From Monocercomonoides exilis PA203 (lineage: Eukaryota > Protista > Preaxostyla), in assembly GCA_001643675.2 (NCBI GenBank), contig LSRY02000017.1, positions 248,001 to 312,000 on the forward strand: a stretch of DNA of 64,000 nucleotides, read 5' to 3'. The notes under the pieces were generated by a model. That model did no database searches. It was not told the DNA's origin and saw nothing but the letters and a program-made list of their open reading frames with translations. Shown one piece after another: positions 25,943 through 39,114 of the stretch (positions are counted from its first letter, which is position 1; every line of letters begins with the position of its first letter). A program made the translations under genes and the position numbers.

Positions 25943-27528
25943 TCAAAATTATAATTAAAATTGTTAGAGAGAAGAATTGGAAATGCAGTTGGAAGATACA
26001 GTTAGCAGAAGAAATCAAACACAAAAGAGAAAGAAATAGAAGAAGCACATGAATATCGACAAATATTTAGACGAAAAGTTATAAAACAAAGATAACCACT
26101 GTAAAAATAAATTGAATAGCACAGTCTCATACTTTTCTAAGCAAGTCTCTTGCATCAGGACTAACAAAGTCAGGAAATTGCACTTCGCCACTCAGAATGT
26201 TTTGAAACATGATTTGCTGGTTATTGTTGTAGAATGGCGGCTGTTGTAATCAGAGGATCGATCATAAAAAAAAAAAAAAAAAAAAAAAAAGAGAGAGAGA
26301 GAGAGAAAGAAGAAAAAATGAGATAATTCGAATGAAAATGCATTAACAATTTTTTTTCAAAAAAATTCTGAAAGGAAAAACGATCAAACCAATCCAACAA
26401 GAATCTCGTACAGAAATGCGCCTAATGCCCACCAGTCAACACTCTTGCCATAACCACCTGGTCTCAACATCTCAGGCGCTTGAATGAAGAACAAAAAAAA
26501 AAAACAAATTACAATTTACGTTTTGGGGAGAGCAAATGAAAGAATTCATAATTAAATTGATAACTGTTACTGGTGAATAAGTAAACATTCAATACCTAAA
26601 TATTCTGGTGTCCCACAAAAAGTGGTCGCCATCTTTTGAGTGTTAATCTGCGTTTTTGAAAGCCCGAAATCTGTGAGACGAATATGCCCTACACAAATAC
26701 ATAATGATTTGAGATTTCAAACAGAAAAAAAATAGATTTTTCAAAAGCAAGCCATCAGCTCCAAGAAGAACATTTTCAGGTTTTAGATCACTAAATTAAG
26801 AATGTTATTGAAACTTTTGAAAAAGATTGAAAAATAATTTTTCAAGAAACCGATAAATAATATCTTTTTTGTGAATTGCTTCGAATGCGAGTATGATCTC
26901 TGCTGCATACAAACGGCATCGTTCCTCAGAAAAGCGTCCTTCTTTTTTAAGATGGAAAAATAGATCCCCACCATTTGCAAAATCCATAACTAAAAATAGT
27001 TTCTTTTCCGTTTGGAAGGCATAACGCAAATTAACAATAAATCTTTATATGCATATTTGAAACAATACAAAAGAATAATTGCTCATTTATCTTTTCCAAA
27101 GGATATTGATTCATACGGATGCTCAATTTGTTGTAGAACATTCTTTTCTGTGATGGTGTGCTCAACTTGATCGCCACGGATAATTTCATCTTTGCGAAGA
27201 ATCTTTAGTGCAAAAAATTCACCACCTATTTTCTTTTTTACAAGAAGAACTTTTCCAAAGCTTCCCTTTCCAATCTTAAAATAGACAAAATTAAAAATTT
27301 ATGACAATAAAATTAATGTTTGCAGCATACAGTTTTTAATGGAATAAAATCCGTCAATGCGACTCTGTCTTTGCAATTAGGTAACTGTTTAAGCAAATTG
27401 AGATCAGCAACCATCGGCGTTGGCTGAGCAGATGGCTTTTGCGTGTACTGTTTTGTTGCAATTGGAGCAAAAGGATTTTTTGGCACAACTGGTTGAGGCC
27501 CAGCCATTTCAGATGTTATTGGTCCCAT
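24711..27528 (-). CDS. AGC-family Ser/Thr kinase (AKT/SGK/Ypk-like, no PH domain), multi-exon
   Basis: [57 protein letters not shown], hydrophobic motif FAGFSF. Confidence 0.93.
25887..25940 (+). repeat. (AAT)n microsatellite in an intron of the kinase gene
   Basis: ~17 tandem AAT units. Confidence 0.95.
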
Positions 27529-27568
27529 GTTGAGGATATAATAATAGGTCAGATCTATATAGAAAAAA

Positions 27569-29097
27569 ATGTCCTTAACCACGATAATGGATCAAAGGCT
27601 TCTACTGGATAAGGAAAGGGAAGAATTTGCCAGATATTCAGTGGAAGCAATGAGAAACCTTGACATGCAGAGAAAACAGCTTCAGAGAGACAAAGAAGCT
27701 TTTGAAGAGCAAAAACGGAGATTTGAGAATAGAAAAGCCGAACATGCCAAAATATCTGTAATAAAAAAATTAGTTTGTAATTAACATAAATGCAGCATTT
27801 TATATCGATAAAATCTTTGCTTATAAAGGACGAAGAGGTTGTGGAATTAAATGTTGGAGGAAAACTTTTCACGACTTTGAAAACAACTTTAATGAAGTAT
27901 GACATTTTTTCCCTTATATTCAGCATTTAAGTGAAAACAACTTTAATTTTAAATTTTCATTAATCCTATTTTTAGACAAGAAACTTCACTTCTTGCTCAA
28001 ATGATAAGGTTTATTCACAAAAGTTAATTTTATAAATTCAGATTAACTCATACTTTGTAATTTTTTAGCGGGAAAAAACAAGTGGTGCGCGATAAAGATG
28101 GTAGGATATTCCTCGATAGAAATCCCGAGATGTTCTCAATGATATTAGAGTTTTTACGAACTGATTCTTTACCGGTCGCTTTTATATCTCCTGCTGAAGA
28201 AAAAACATTTCATTCTGAACTTGACTTTTTCTCTTTGGGGTTTTCATTCTTTTATTTGAATCTTTATAAATTTGGATTAATTTTTAAAAAATTTATTATT
28301 ATTTGATAGTCCATCAACTGTTCCATTTGTTGGTTTGAACTTTCATTTAACTTCAACTTTTGTAAATGTTATTTATTTTCAATTGTACTATAATTTTCCC
28401 TTTCCTTTTCTAGCTGTATGGAATCCACACCTTAAATCAAAGGGACTTGAACTTCGTGATGATGGCAAGACTGTTGAAGTGGTAGGAGAAGATGGTGACC
28501 ACACAATTATAATTGGAGACAGAAAGATTACCAGTGGCGTTGTCAGCATAACTGTGCAGGTCGTTATCCCACGGCCTAATCGGTACTCATTTGGAGTGCT
28601 TCCCGATATCCCTCCACATTTTAACAGAGGTTTTGGATATAAAAATGGTGTTTTGGGTTGGGGATTGCACGATCACACAGGAAGCCTGGGAATATTTTGT
28701 CAGACTCAATTGGTTGCTCCGAGCACTCTGGGTTATTCGACAGGAGATTTGGTATGCATTTGAGTGGATGTTTGAAAAAGAAAAAGTGTTTAGCAATGTT
28801 CTAAAGAGTATTTTTTTTTAAAAAGTCATCATCCACAAATTAGATAATTGAAACCTTAACTTTTATTTTAATTTTATTTTTTCCCCCTTTTCAAACAAAT
28901 ATTTATCATCATTACTTCAATTTATTATTCAGGTCACATTAACTGTTGATGTTGATCGAGGCAACCTTTTCTTCAAAGTCAATGGAATCCGTTGCGCTGA
29001 ATTGTTAAATTGCGAAGTTATTAAATTGGGTGTGTACATTGGAGCAACACTGTTTAATAAAGGGGCAGTTTGGAAGATTGTTCAGTCAAAAATTTGA
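27569..29097 (+). CDS. Coiled-coil, KCTD-type BTB/POZ and SPRY/B30.2-like domain protein
   Basis: VVELNVGGKLFTTLKTTL, DGRIFLDRNPEMFSMILEFLR, ELDFFSL, followed by a beta-rich SPRY-like region (GYSTGDLVTLTVDVDRGNLFFKVNG). Confidence 0.85.
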
Positions 29098-29540
29098 AAT
29101 TTTCTAATAATCGTTTCAGTTGATTTAATGTTTATTTTTTTGATATTTTTAAATTATTTGGCAATAATAAAGATTGATTGTCAGTTTCATTAAAAAGAAT
29201 GTTTTTTTCTTTGTAAAAAAATATTGATAAGAAAGTTGAGAAAAATGAAGTTGAGAAGCAAGAATTGGAAAAAAAATTAAAGAAAAATGCAAATCAAAAC
29301 ATAAAGATTCATGGATTAACAATTTCACTTTTCCTATGTTCAATTAAGGAATTGTATTGATTCTTAAAATGAAAAATTGAAGAAAATTTGGATTATTTTG
29401 TTTAAAACTATTACCACCATGGAATATTATTTCCCGCTTCAAATATCTGAAATGGTGAACAAAACTATTTATTCATAAAATGTAATTATTAACTTTGTTG
29501 ATAAAGAATATGATCAAACCTGTAACAAAATTGTTCAATT

Positions 29541-30144
29541 ATGTCCAAAGATATTTCTCAAAAAGAAAGTGACAAATCACAAAAGCAAGAAAATGAAAAT
29601 AAAAAGGAGCCTATTTTCCCAACAACTGGAATTTTTAGTGCTTTGAATCCGGGAATTGGGTTTGCCTTTTAAGAAATCATATATTTCATTCAAATTAGTC
29701 CGAAAACATTGAAAATTTTGAATATTGTTATCGTCTTTTTTGTTTTGTCGGTATTGATTCTTCTGACTGTTACATATGTTTGGGGAACAATTAATATTCA
29801 TATCATCATATTTGCAATTCTTTCAGTTTTATTCATTGTGAGTTGGTACTGGTTTGTCTCACAAATTTTTGTTTAATAAACTTATATGCTTTCTCTTTCA
29901 AAGGTTTCTTTCAAACTTAAAAAGCTCCGGATTGCTTGAAGAAATGTTTCAAGAGCATAAAGAAATTAATTCTCAGAAAAGTTCGACCGAAAAAATGAGC
30001 ACAGAGAAAAAAGAAAAGGAATCCGAAGATCAGAAGAAAGATTCAAGTGAGCTAAATGCAACAAGCAATGAAAAGGAAAATGAACCAACCAAAGATACTG
30101 CTGCAAGCAAAAAAGGTAAAAAAATGAAAGAGAAAAAACAGTAA
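29541..30144 (+). CDS. Small two-TM ER protein, Pkr1-like (V-ATPase assembly), 3 exons
   Basis: Spliced product IFSALNPGIGPKTLKILNIVIVFFVLSVLILL..NIHIIIFAILFSLFIVSWYWFLSNL with a charged tail. It fits the Pkr1 pattern (PG..P, TM, IH, TM, WF). Confidence 0.65.
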
Positions 30145-30393
30145 CAGACATTCACATCGTTGTTACTCGTATTTATATGACTTATATTCACATTGAACAT
30201 CAGAAGCATTTCATATTGTATTTCATCAAAATTCGATTTCTATTTCAAAATTCGAAAAAAAAGTTGATAATGAGAATTGGAGAATGATGAAATATTAGTG
30301 AATATTTTTTTTTTAATTTCTTGTAATGTTAATCGATCAATCATAAGAAAAGCATTCTTGAAAAATACCCATAAGTTTTCTGATCAATCTTTC

Positions 30394-33300
30394 ATGAACA
30401 GCGATCAGAGAATTGTCCTGATACAAAACATTTCCGAAGCCTTAATACGGGAATACTTAAGCAGAAATGGAATGAAAACTGTTTTAAAGCATTTTGAGAT
30501 TGAAAGGCCTCGCTCGACAGCGGCAATTTCAACACGTAAAGATTTGAGCGATTCTTTATTTTTGACCCGAGAAATGAAAATCAACAAGCAAAAGAGCATG
30601 CATTAGTACACCTTTTCTTCAAAAATTAACGTAGTTTTTTCTATCATTCTTTCTTATTTTCTTTCAATTTTTGAAGAGCATCCTTTTTTGACAATTCTCG
30701 AAGTGTTAATTGAAAGTTATCTTTCATCAAGTTTGCATTTCGTTGCAACATTATGTACTGTGCATTTACATTTGATTATCTGTTTTTTATTTCAAAATTT
30801 ATTTAATTTGAAAATTATTAAGAGGCCGAACAATTTTTGTTGCCTCCTGCAGAACCGTTGCAATTTCAACGATCTTCATTTTCTTCTTCTGCACAAAGAT
30901 CTTTTTCTCCTTCGCGGTATGCATCTGGGGCAAGTTCTTCTTCTCCTACATTTCGTAGAACTTCCAAGCAAAATTCATTATATCAATCACCTTCCTTTTC
31001 GCGTTCAGGCAATTTAACGCCAACTCCAATGTTTTATTCTGCATCGCCAATTGAAAACGCAGAAAATTCAACCGTTGGAGTTCTATCTTCATTGCCTCCA
31101 TTACCAACAATACCATTTATTGGTTCATCTAGTCGCAACAGTGCTTCTCATCCTGGATCTCCTATTGATAGCGCAAGCACTCCGCTTAATTCTTCCAGAT
31201 CTTTCGCAAAAAGGAAAGAACCTTCACACACTTCACTCCAAAAGTTTGTCGAAAAGATCGATGGAGATGGAGAGAACCAGCCCGACCACCGTAACGAAGC
31301 TAACACTCCATCTGGATGTTTCGAAAAAGAGCACGAAGAATGGAAGGAAGCTGATGACGAAATTGCAAGGCTGATATACAAAAGCGAAGGACAGCACCTT
31401 ACCGATCCCATCCCTTGCGGTGCCTCGCCCATCCTCAACGACAAGAGTGAACGAAGCAGCAGCTGCCGCTCCCTGCGCAGTTCACAGGTGAGCTCCCAGC
31501 ACAGCTCGCAAAGGCGGTCGGTGCAGCTGAGCCCTCGCCTTTCACAATCACTCAGCTCTTGCGACAGCAGGCCGATCACCCGCCGCAAGTCGGTGAGCGA
31601 GCAGCTGGCGTCCGACGGGGTTGTGTCGGCAGAGGGAGTGATCGAAGGAAAAGGAGGCAAAGGAATGATTCCTGATGGTGTCGTTATTGAGGAGAGCAAA
31701 GACGAAGCACTTATATCGTTCCCACAGTCTGCATTAGCCCATTCGCAGAGCCAGCCATATGAAGCGTCAGACTTTGCCTCGAGCTTCCTGGATGAGAACA
31801 GCGACGAGGCAGACAAAGAGGTCCTGCGCATCCGGCGGACCTCGTCTGCAGCAGCAGGCATTCTGCACAGGAAAGTGTCTGACACGTTTGCCAACAACAT
31901 CTTTGCAGACAGCGCTGACTCCAGCAACGAGGACTCGGCTGGGAAGACGAGTACTAGCGAATTGAAGGCTCTTTCGCTCAGCCGCTCGGGGAAGGACAGA
32001 AGAGACATGATGGTGGGAGACTTGCTCATAACAGAGCGCCAGTGGAGCGACAGGACTCCATCTGCGATGGGCAGGCCGATTTCCTCGCGGTGCGGCAAAA
32101 GGAGGAAGAAAAAGAATGCAGCGATTGACAGAGAAGATTCTAAGCAGAAGCTGAAGGGAAGGGAGGATGAAGAAGATAGCTCGGATATATTTAATGATGA
32201 CTATGAAGATGATGACGACGATGATTCTGAAGATGATGATTCAAGTGGAGATGAAGAGATTGGGGCAGTGAAAAGAAGAATTCATTCACATATTGATTCA
32301 ACTGATGAATTGTCAGCTGAATTTAACGACTCAACCACACATTTGCACAGCAACAAGACAGGAGATCTGGATTCAAAGAAGAGCAGCAGAGATATTCTTT
32401 CTGCGTCTGCTTCTGCTTCTTCTCATTCAATTCCCATCAGCACTTCTTTGTCGTTCTCGTCTCTGTCAAGAACAAAAGGCAGCAGCAGTGAAAGAGAAAG
32501 GTGCAGCAGCGGAATGGGGTTCTATTTGGGGCGCAGTCAGCAGAACGACGATGGATATGCGCTTATTGACATGGATGCGGATGAAGACAGTGGAATTGGC
32601 GAGGATGCAGCAGAATCTCCAAATGGAAGCACTCAGAATTCTGCAAAGAAAAGCACAGAGCAGTTGCAGAAGCTGACACTTGACCGAAGAGACGACAGAT
32701 ATTTGAATGCGACTGAGAGGCCAAAGACGTCTGCTTCACATCTTTCGACTCGCTCAATGTCATCTATAGGCTTCAGCATCTCGCCCAACGCCACCTCAGC
32801 CACATCCACTTCTCTGTTGGCATCGCACGCATTAACTCAGCTGCAGCAGCTGTTCTTTGGCTCTGTTCGTTCGTCTTTCCCTGCATCGTGGATGCAAGGC
32901 TTCACATTCGATGCACCGGGTGGTCCGACTTCTTTCTGTCTTGTGCAGGAATCAGAGGGTGCTTCTGATGTGATGGCGGCTGTCCAGGCGCATCTGGTGT
33001 ATTTTGCCTTCCACGACGAAGAAGGAATCGAAGAGAGACAGTCTAAACAGGCTGCTCAGCACGGATCTGGTTTTTCAAAGCCTCGCAATTCAACACAGCC
33101 AGAGAAATCTCTCAAGCAGTTGCAGGCATCTTTACTTGAAAGTGAAGCCAATGTGCAAACAGCCAGCTTCTCTGAAGAGGAGCAGAACAACTTGCTTGTT
33201 GTATCGTTGGCTTCGATCTTGTGGCGCTGCGGAGACGAGCAGACAGCCACTGTTGCCTCGCTTTCATCACCCTGCTCTCCGTCAGCTGGCTTCCCTCCCG

Positions 33301-34167
33301 CCTCAGCTGTGAAGGCCACACGAGCCGAGAGCCGAGATATGCTCAGAAGAATTCTAGCAGCGTCGCTGCCATCTTACAGAGGGCCCTGGGGTGTGTGTCT
33401 CTTTCTGCTGTCGATTGTCCTCTCGCGCGGGGTGAATGTGGTGCAGAGCGAGGTGATCGGAAAGGGGCCGCTGGTGACTGGCGAAGAGAGGGCATCGGAC
33501 GGACTGATGGGGCTGCTACTGGCGGGGGAGGCGTCGCTGAGCCAGGAAGCAGGCAGAGCAGAGATTGGGCTGATGAGCGTGAGGGAGGTGGACGGCGGGC
33601 GCATGCTGCCTCCACTGAAATACCCGTACAATCCGATTTGGGTGATGCAGATGGAGACACACTCGGGTGTTCTGTTCTCATATTCGCCGATTCATCTTCT
33701 GGACATCTATCACTCACACCCGCAGACAGACATCGCAGCCCATTTGCATTCAACTCAGAAACACACACTTGTCTTTTACAACACTCTCATCCCACTCAAC
33801 ACATTCATGTCATTCTCAGTTGGTTTGCTCTTTTTTTATTTTTATTTTTTTTCCCTAAACTTATTTATTTATTTCTTCATATTCTTGATGCGTTTTCATT
33901 TAAACACATTATTTTCTCTATTTTTTCAAAACTTGGCGATTATTTCATCTTTGCACAGATATCTCAATTGAGCCATCAACTCCATCACCACCACCACCAC
34001 AATCATCATCATCACCCTCTTCTTCTTCTTCTTCTTCTTCTTCTTCTTCTTCTTCTTCTTCCACATCGCTTTCACTATGCACATCAAACTCTTCACTCGA
34101 GCGTGTCATTCTCACAACATTTCGTGGTGCAGCACTTCGCCAGGTCAGCCTAAGCCTCAAAGGTTGA
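30394..34167 (+). CDS. MINDY4-like (DUF4205) deubiquitinase-family protein, probably catalytically dead
   Basis: N-terminal ALIREYLSRNGMKTV..ERPRS..TILEVLIE. C-terminal LFFGS..W.QGFTF..LVQ....VMAAVQA, GVCLFLLSIVLSRG, LKYPYNPIWV..ETHSGVLF, last exon LERVILTTF. Confidence 0.8.
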
Positions 34168-35224
34168 TATATTCCTGTGCTTGGTTATTCACTGCTTTGT
34201 ATATATTCATTTCGGGTAGTCTTTTTCTGTTTGTATTTATTTATTTGCTTACTAACTTTCTTGATTGATTGATTAATTGATTTTTTTGTATGTTTATTGT
34301 ATCATCTGGTCTTATTTCATTCGTTAGTTATAACTTCTGTTGTTTTTTTTCTAAATTCTCTTTATTGTTCTCTCAAATAAACCGAGTCTTTCAGATTCTT
34401 CTGAAACAAATTGTGGTTTTTATGGTTTTGCTTGTTGAGTTTTCTTTATTTGGCGCAATCACCCACCTATTTTTGGCATCTTGCGAAAGGCAGGAGATGA
34501 TCATATATTTTATTTTATTTTATTATTTTCATTTCTAAGTTTGGAAGCACATAGCAACTTTCATGAAAAAAATGAAAACAAAAATTATAACATTTTCAAA
34601 AACTCAATGTTATTTTGTGTAAATTCTCACAGGCGACAAGCTCATAAATGTGAGAGGAACAACAATGCGAACGAAATAATATATTCATTAGAAAAAAAGA
34701 AAAAGGAAAGGGAAAGGAAAAGAAAAGAAAAAAAGAAAAAAAGAAAATAATGAAATTATAAACTGTATATAAAATTACTAATTGAGAGATATAAATGGCT
34801 CAAGAGCTCATTTTGAAATTAAAAAAAAAAGATAAAAAAAAGAAAAATGATTATTGAACTGTTCAAAGCACAAACAAGACCATCAAACGGAATGCTTTCA
34901 GTTTCTTCTTTTGGAGCAATTTGCATTTCCCAAAGAATTCTGATTGTTCGCACAGCCGAAACAAACAATCTCAGCTGCTTCTCTTTTCTCGATTTTGAAT
35001 AAACAACTCATATAACAAGAAACAATCGCTAACAAATAGTCAACAAACGATTTTTCTTTCTCATTTGAAAAAAAAGATAAAAGTACAAATAAAAATAAAA
35101 TAAAAATAAATATGGAAACAAAAAAATTCCACCTAACATTTCAAAGGTTTGCCCAAACAAGCTGCAATTCTATTTGTTGTTGAAGAGTTTGACTTCACAA
35201 AACTCCACTCGGAAGAGATGCTGT

Positions 35225-37302
35225 TTACAAGGCTGTTGATCGAACTTCACTGAAATTTGATTCGGAGCTGGTGAAAAACGGAAAATTTACATTTAAAAAA
35301 TAAAATGGATTTAATTTATCGAAAGAAATTGAAAAAAGAAAGGAAGGAAAAAAAGACAAGCATAAAGTTCAAATGAATCAACATTAAAAAGGTTTTCAAT
35401 CTTTCCATCCATCATCCAAAGAAATAACAAACTCGTTCATGTTGTCAACGATGTACTTACGAAGAGCGTCTCTCACTTTGATTTTGGTCCCCTCGACTTT
35501 TGCGCTTGCTCCTGTGATTTTCTTGATGAGTTTCTACAAGTTAAAAAAAAAAGGAACATTTGATATAAAAATGTTTGCACATATACACAATTATTAAAGC
35601 AGAAAAAGTTCATTGAACAGATTTGTTAGTTTTCATTCGTAAACAAGAAATTGTTTCGCAAACATTCACTTTCTTTATCTCGTTCTGTGGCATGACAAGA
35701 TCATAGTTCTTCTTCTTATCAACATTTGTGCTCGAGAAAACATACGCAGTTGATGAGGAGCCTGTTGAATTAGAAACTCCCATCTTTGCGATAATCTTCT
35801 TCACAACAGTTCCATTCACATTCTTGATGATTCGAAGATTGTATGTATTTGGGTAAATTGCGTACATATCGTCTTCGTAAATCTCACCTGGATATAGTGG
35901 AGCTGGAAAATAAGAGTGGTTTAATGAAGGGTTTTTCGAAATTATCATTGGAAAAAATAATAATTGTACAAAAGATAACATGAAAGTGAAAGGAAATAGC
36001 AAATAAATAAATAAATAAATACATCTGCACGCATTATTGCGGAAGAGCGAAATAGATTCCTTATCAGAAATATTTCTGATCGCATATGGAATCACATATT
36101 CCGCCATCAGTTTGGAAAGTGACATCTCATTAGCAGCAGACAACTTAACTGCGTATTTTCCTGATGAATGTCCAATCACTTTATCTAAGCCGAGTTCTTC
36201 TTGCTTCTTCGCAATCATCCTGTTGATGGCATCTCCTGTTTTCGTCTCCCACTTATCACGCTTCTTAACCATTGCAAAATCTTTCAGTACTTTTTGATTC
36301 GCAGTCAGCCAAGTGTGGTTGAATTCCAATGTCCGTTTTCCTCCTGTTTTCAATGGCAATTCAAATTCAAGCACACCAATTGTCTCCATGTACTTTCCGC
36401 TTTCCATCACATACACATCGTCCATTTTAGGTGCAACTCGCTTTTTGTGAGAGTGTCCAGTTAACAGAACAATCGGCAAATCTGGACGCTGTTTTTTCAC
36501 GGTGTCTATAATTATATCGATATCTGGGTTATCTGAATTGATGTGGCATAAGCAAATAACCATTTGAAGCGAAGGAGTCGATAGAGCTTTTTTAACCCAA
36601 GGCTCGCGCAAAGTATTTGATACTTCAGCGACAATTGAATCAGAATCATGTTTCTTTTCCGTTACAACAAATCCCATAACGAGTGCATGCCCTTGATTGT
36701 TTGGCAAAGGTAACAAATAATATTGATCTGTAATTTTCTTCTTTGGATTAACATGGTGTGCATTTGCCCCAAGATACCTTCCAGCCCAAAATGGTCTAAC
36801 ATTTTCAACGAGATTTTTGATGCATCCATTTGATTTAAGTTCATGGTTTCCGATGCAAAGCGAGTCATAATTCATTTTTTTGATAACTTCAAACACAAAA
36901 TCTCCTTGAACATTCGTTGCATCACTAAGACCTGTTCCCTATAAAATAAAATAAAACAATAATCAATGTGTTTTTGATGATAGCCTTTTGCATTTTTCAC
37001 ACTTGTGTTAAATCTCCAGTATCAAATGCAAAAACTACTTCGTTGGACTGTTTTTTTGCCTTCATATGATCGATAAAATTATAAACATCGCCAGCAGTCA
37101 CATCGAGCTTTTGTACATGATGATGCTTATTGATATATCCATGAACTTTGTTTGAATTAAAAGAAAATAAAAAATACCAGAATATTGGATAAAATGAAAA
37201 CATACCGTCTGAAGTGTGAATTAATGTAAATTTAAGTGTATCATTATTAGATTGGCTTGCTGATGCAACTTGAATTAGAGCTGCTAATAGATAAAGAAGC
37301 AT
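35225..37302 (-). CDS. Secreted 5'-nucleotidase / calcineurin-like metallophosphoesterase
   Basis: Signal peptide MLLYLLAALIQVASA. Metal motifs HTSD-VHG, DTGD..GTGLSDAT, IGNHE, LCH, TGHSH. The 3' end is uncertain (35225 if the last intron is spliced, otherwise 35396). Confidence 0.88.
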
Positions 37303-37498
37303 CTTTATTGATCAATGAAACAAATTTTTCTCTCCAAAATAATAAAATTATATCCCTCAAAGAAATGAAAAAACTTTAGAAATATTAAACAATTTGTATT
37401 GAAAAAATGAAATTCCTTTAAAAGCATACGATCAAAACAATAAATGAACAAAAATTAATTAATTATGGCAATAACTTTTTTATTTTTCTTTTTAGCGA

Positions 37499-39082
37499 AT
37501 GTTTGTGAAATATGGAGCATGTTTGCTATTGTGCACATATATTTATTTATTATATTTTTTGTTTTTTGTGAAAAAATATTTCTGTCTTTGCGTCAAAAAG
37601 ACAACAACATAACAACTTTAGGAAGAGGAGCATTTGGGGAGGTAACAAAAGTTGAACATGAAACTTCACATGAGTTTTTCGTGTGTAAACGAATAAACGT
37701 ATTTGATGAAATGGAATTGCAGAAAGTAAAAGTTGAAGTCGAATTTTTGAAAAAAGCATTATGCCCATTTGTGGTCAAATTTATTGAAGCATTTCAAATT
37801 GAAGGCGCTTATTGTATCATAATGGAATACTGTGATAGTGGAGATTTGCACAAACTTGTTGCAGATTATTCAAGACTTGGAAGGCATCTTTCTGAGAAAG
37901 TTCGCATAATATTGAATTTATTAACATTAAAACATTTTTTTCTTGAATTAAAAGATGTTCATGAGATTTATGGTACAAATGATACTTTCGCTACACCATT
38001 TGCATCAGCATCAAATAATCCATCGTGATATTAAACTTGAAAATTTATTCATGACAGATGGAATACTTGTCAAACTTGGGGACTTTGGCTTTGCAAAGCA
38101 AATGGAACAAAAAACTCCAATTATACAGAGTACTCTTGGAACACCGTATGCACATGTTCTATTTCGTTGTAATTTCATTCTTTCTTGTTATGAAGACAAT
38201 ATTTTTCACCTGAAATGATTAAAGGGAGACCATACAATTCAGCAACAGACATATGGTCCATGGGAGTGGCCTTGGCGCAAATGCTTCTGCTTCATCCTCC
38301 ATTTTGGAGGGCGTCAAGATACACAACATTTAAAGCGATCTTGGATGGGGATCGGGAACAGCTGCCTTCAATGTATTCAGAAGATGTCAGGTCGATTGTT
38401 GATAAAATGCTCTCTTTGGTTTGTTGTTCTGCTAAAAAGGAAGAAATTCAATTGTATTTATTGTTGTTATTACACATTTTTATTTTTTTTCACATTCTTT
38501 CATTTTTCACAGGATCCTTCAAAGCGCCCAACCACCACAGAGATAATAAGCAACAGCTATTTCCTTCGGAATCTTCGTTCTTTGTGTGATGAATGGAAGA
38601 ACACACTCGCTTTGCTGGACGAGCTGTCTTCATTGCCTCTGTCTGAAGCAACGACTGACTCTTCGCCTTCAGCTCCCTCACTCACATCAGAAGATGCCAA
38701 TGGCGTGATGGAAAGTTCCTCAACTGCCAAGCCTCAAGCAACAAAGCATTCAAAATCGAAGAAACACCCTCTTCTTCGCAGAGACGAGATTCTTGCTCTG
38801 TCTCGGAGTCAAAGGTTTTGGGAATATATCATTTACTTGTTGTTTTTAAATGCTATTTCTCTTCTGTTTCCACGTCTATTGCTTCATTCATCGTTATTCA
38901 TTGTTAATGACAATCATTATTAAAAATGTGCATATCACATATATTTACTCGTATTTCCATAGAAATCGCATCAAAGACCATATCACAGAATGTCTTCAGT
39001 TTGCTCAGTCAACCATCACCTCAGTTCTGCCTGTTCCTCACCACATAACAGCCGAAGAACCATCTATCAAAGAATCTCTTCT

Positions 39083-39114
<32 letters not shown>

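Noticed and set aside
31148-34153. Long antisense and alternate-frame ORFs (31148-32098, 33221-34153, 17190-17681, 54852-55490 and others)
   Set aside because: Shadows of GC-rich or low-complexity coding exons, with no independent motifs
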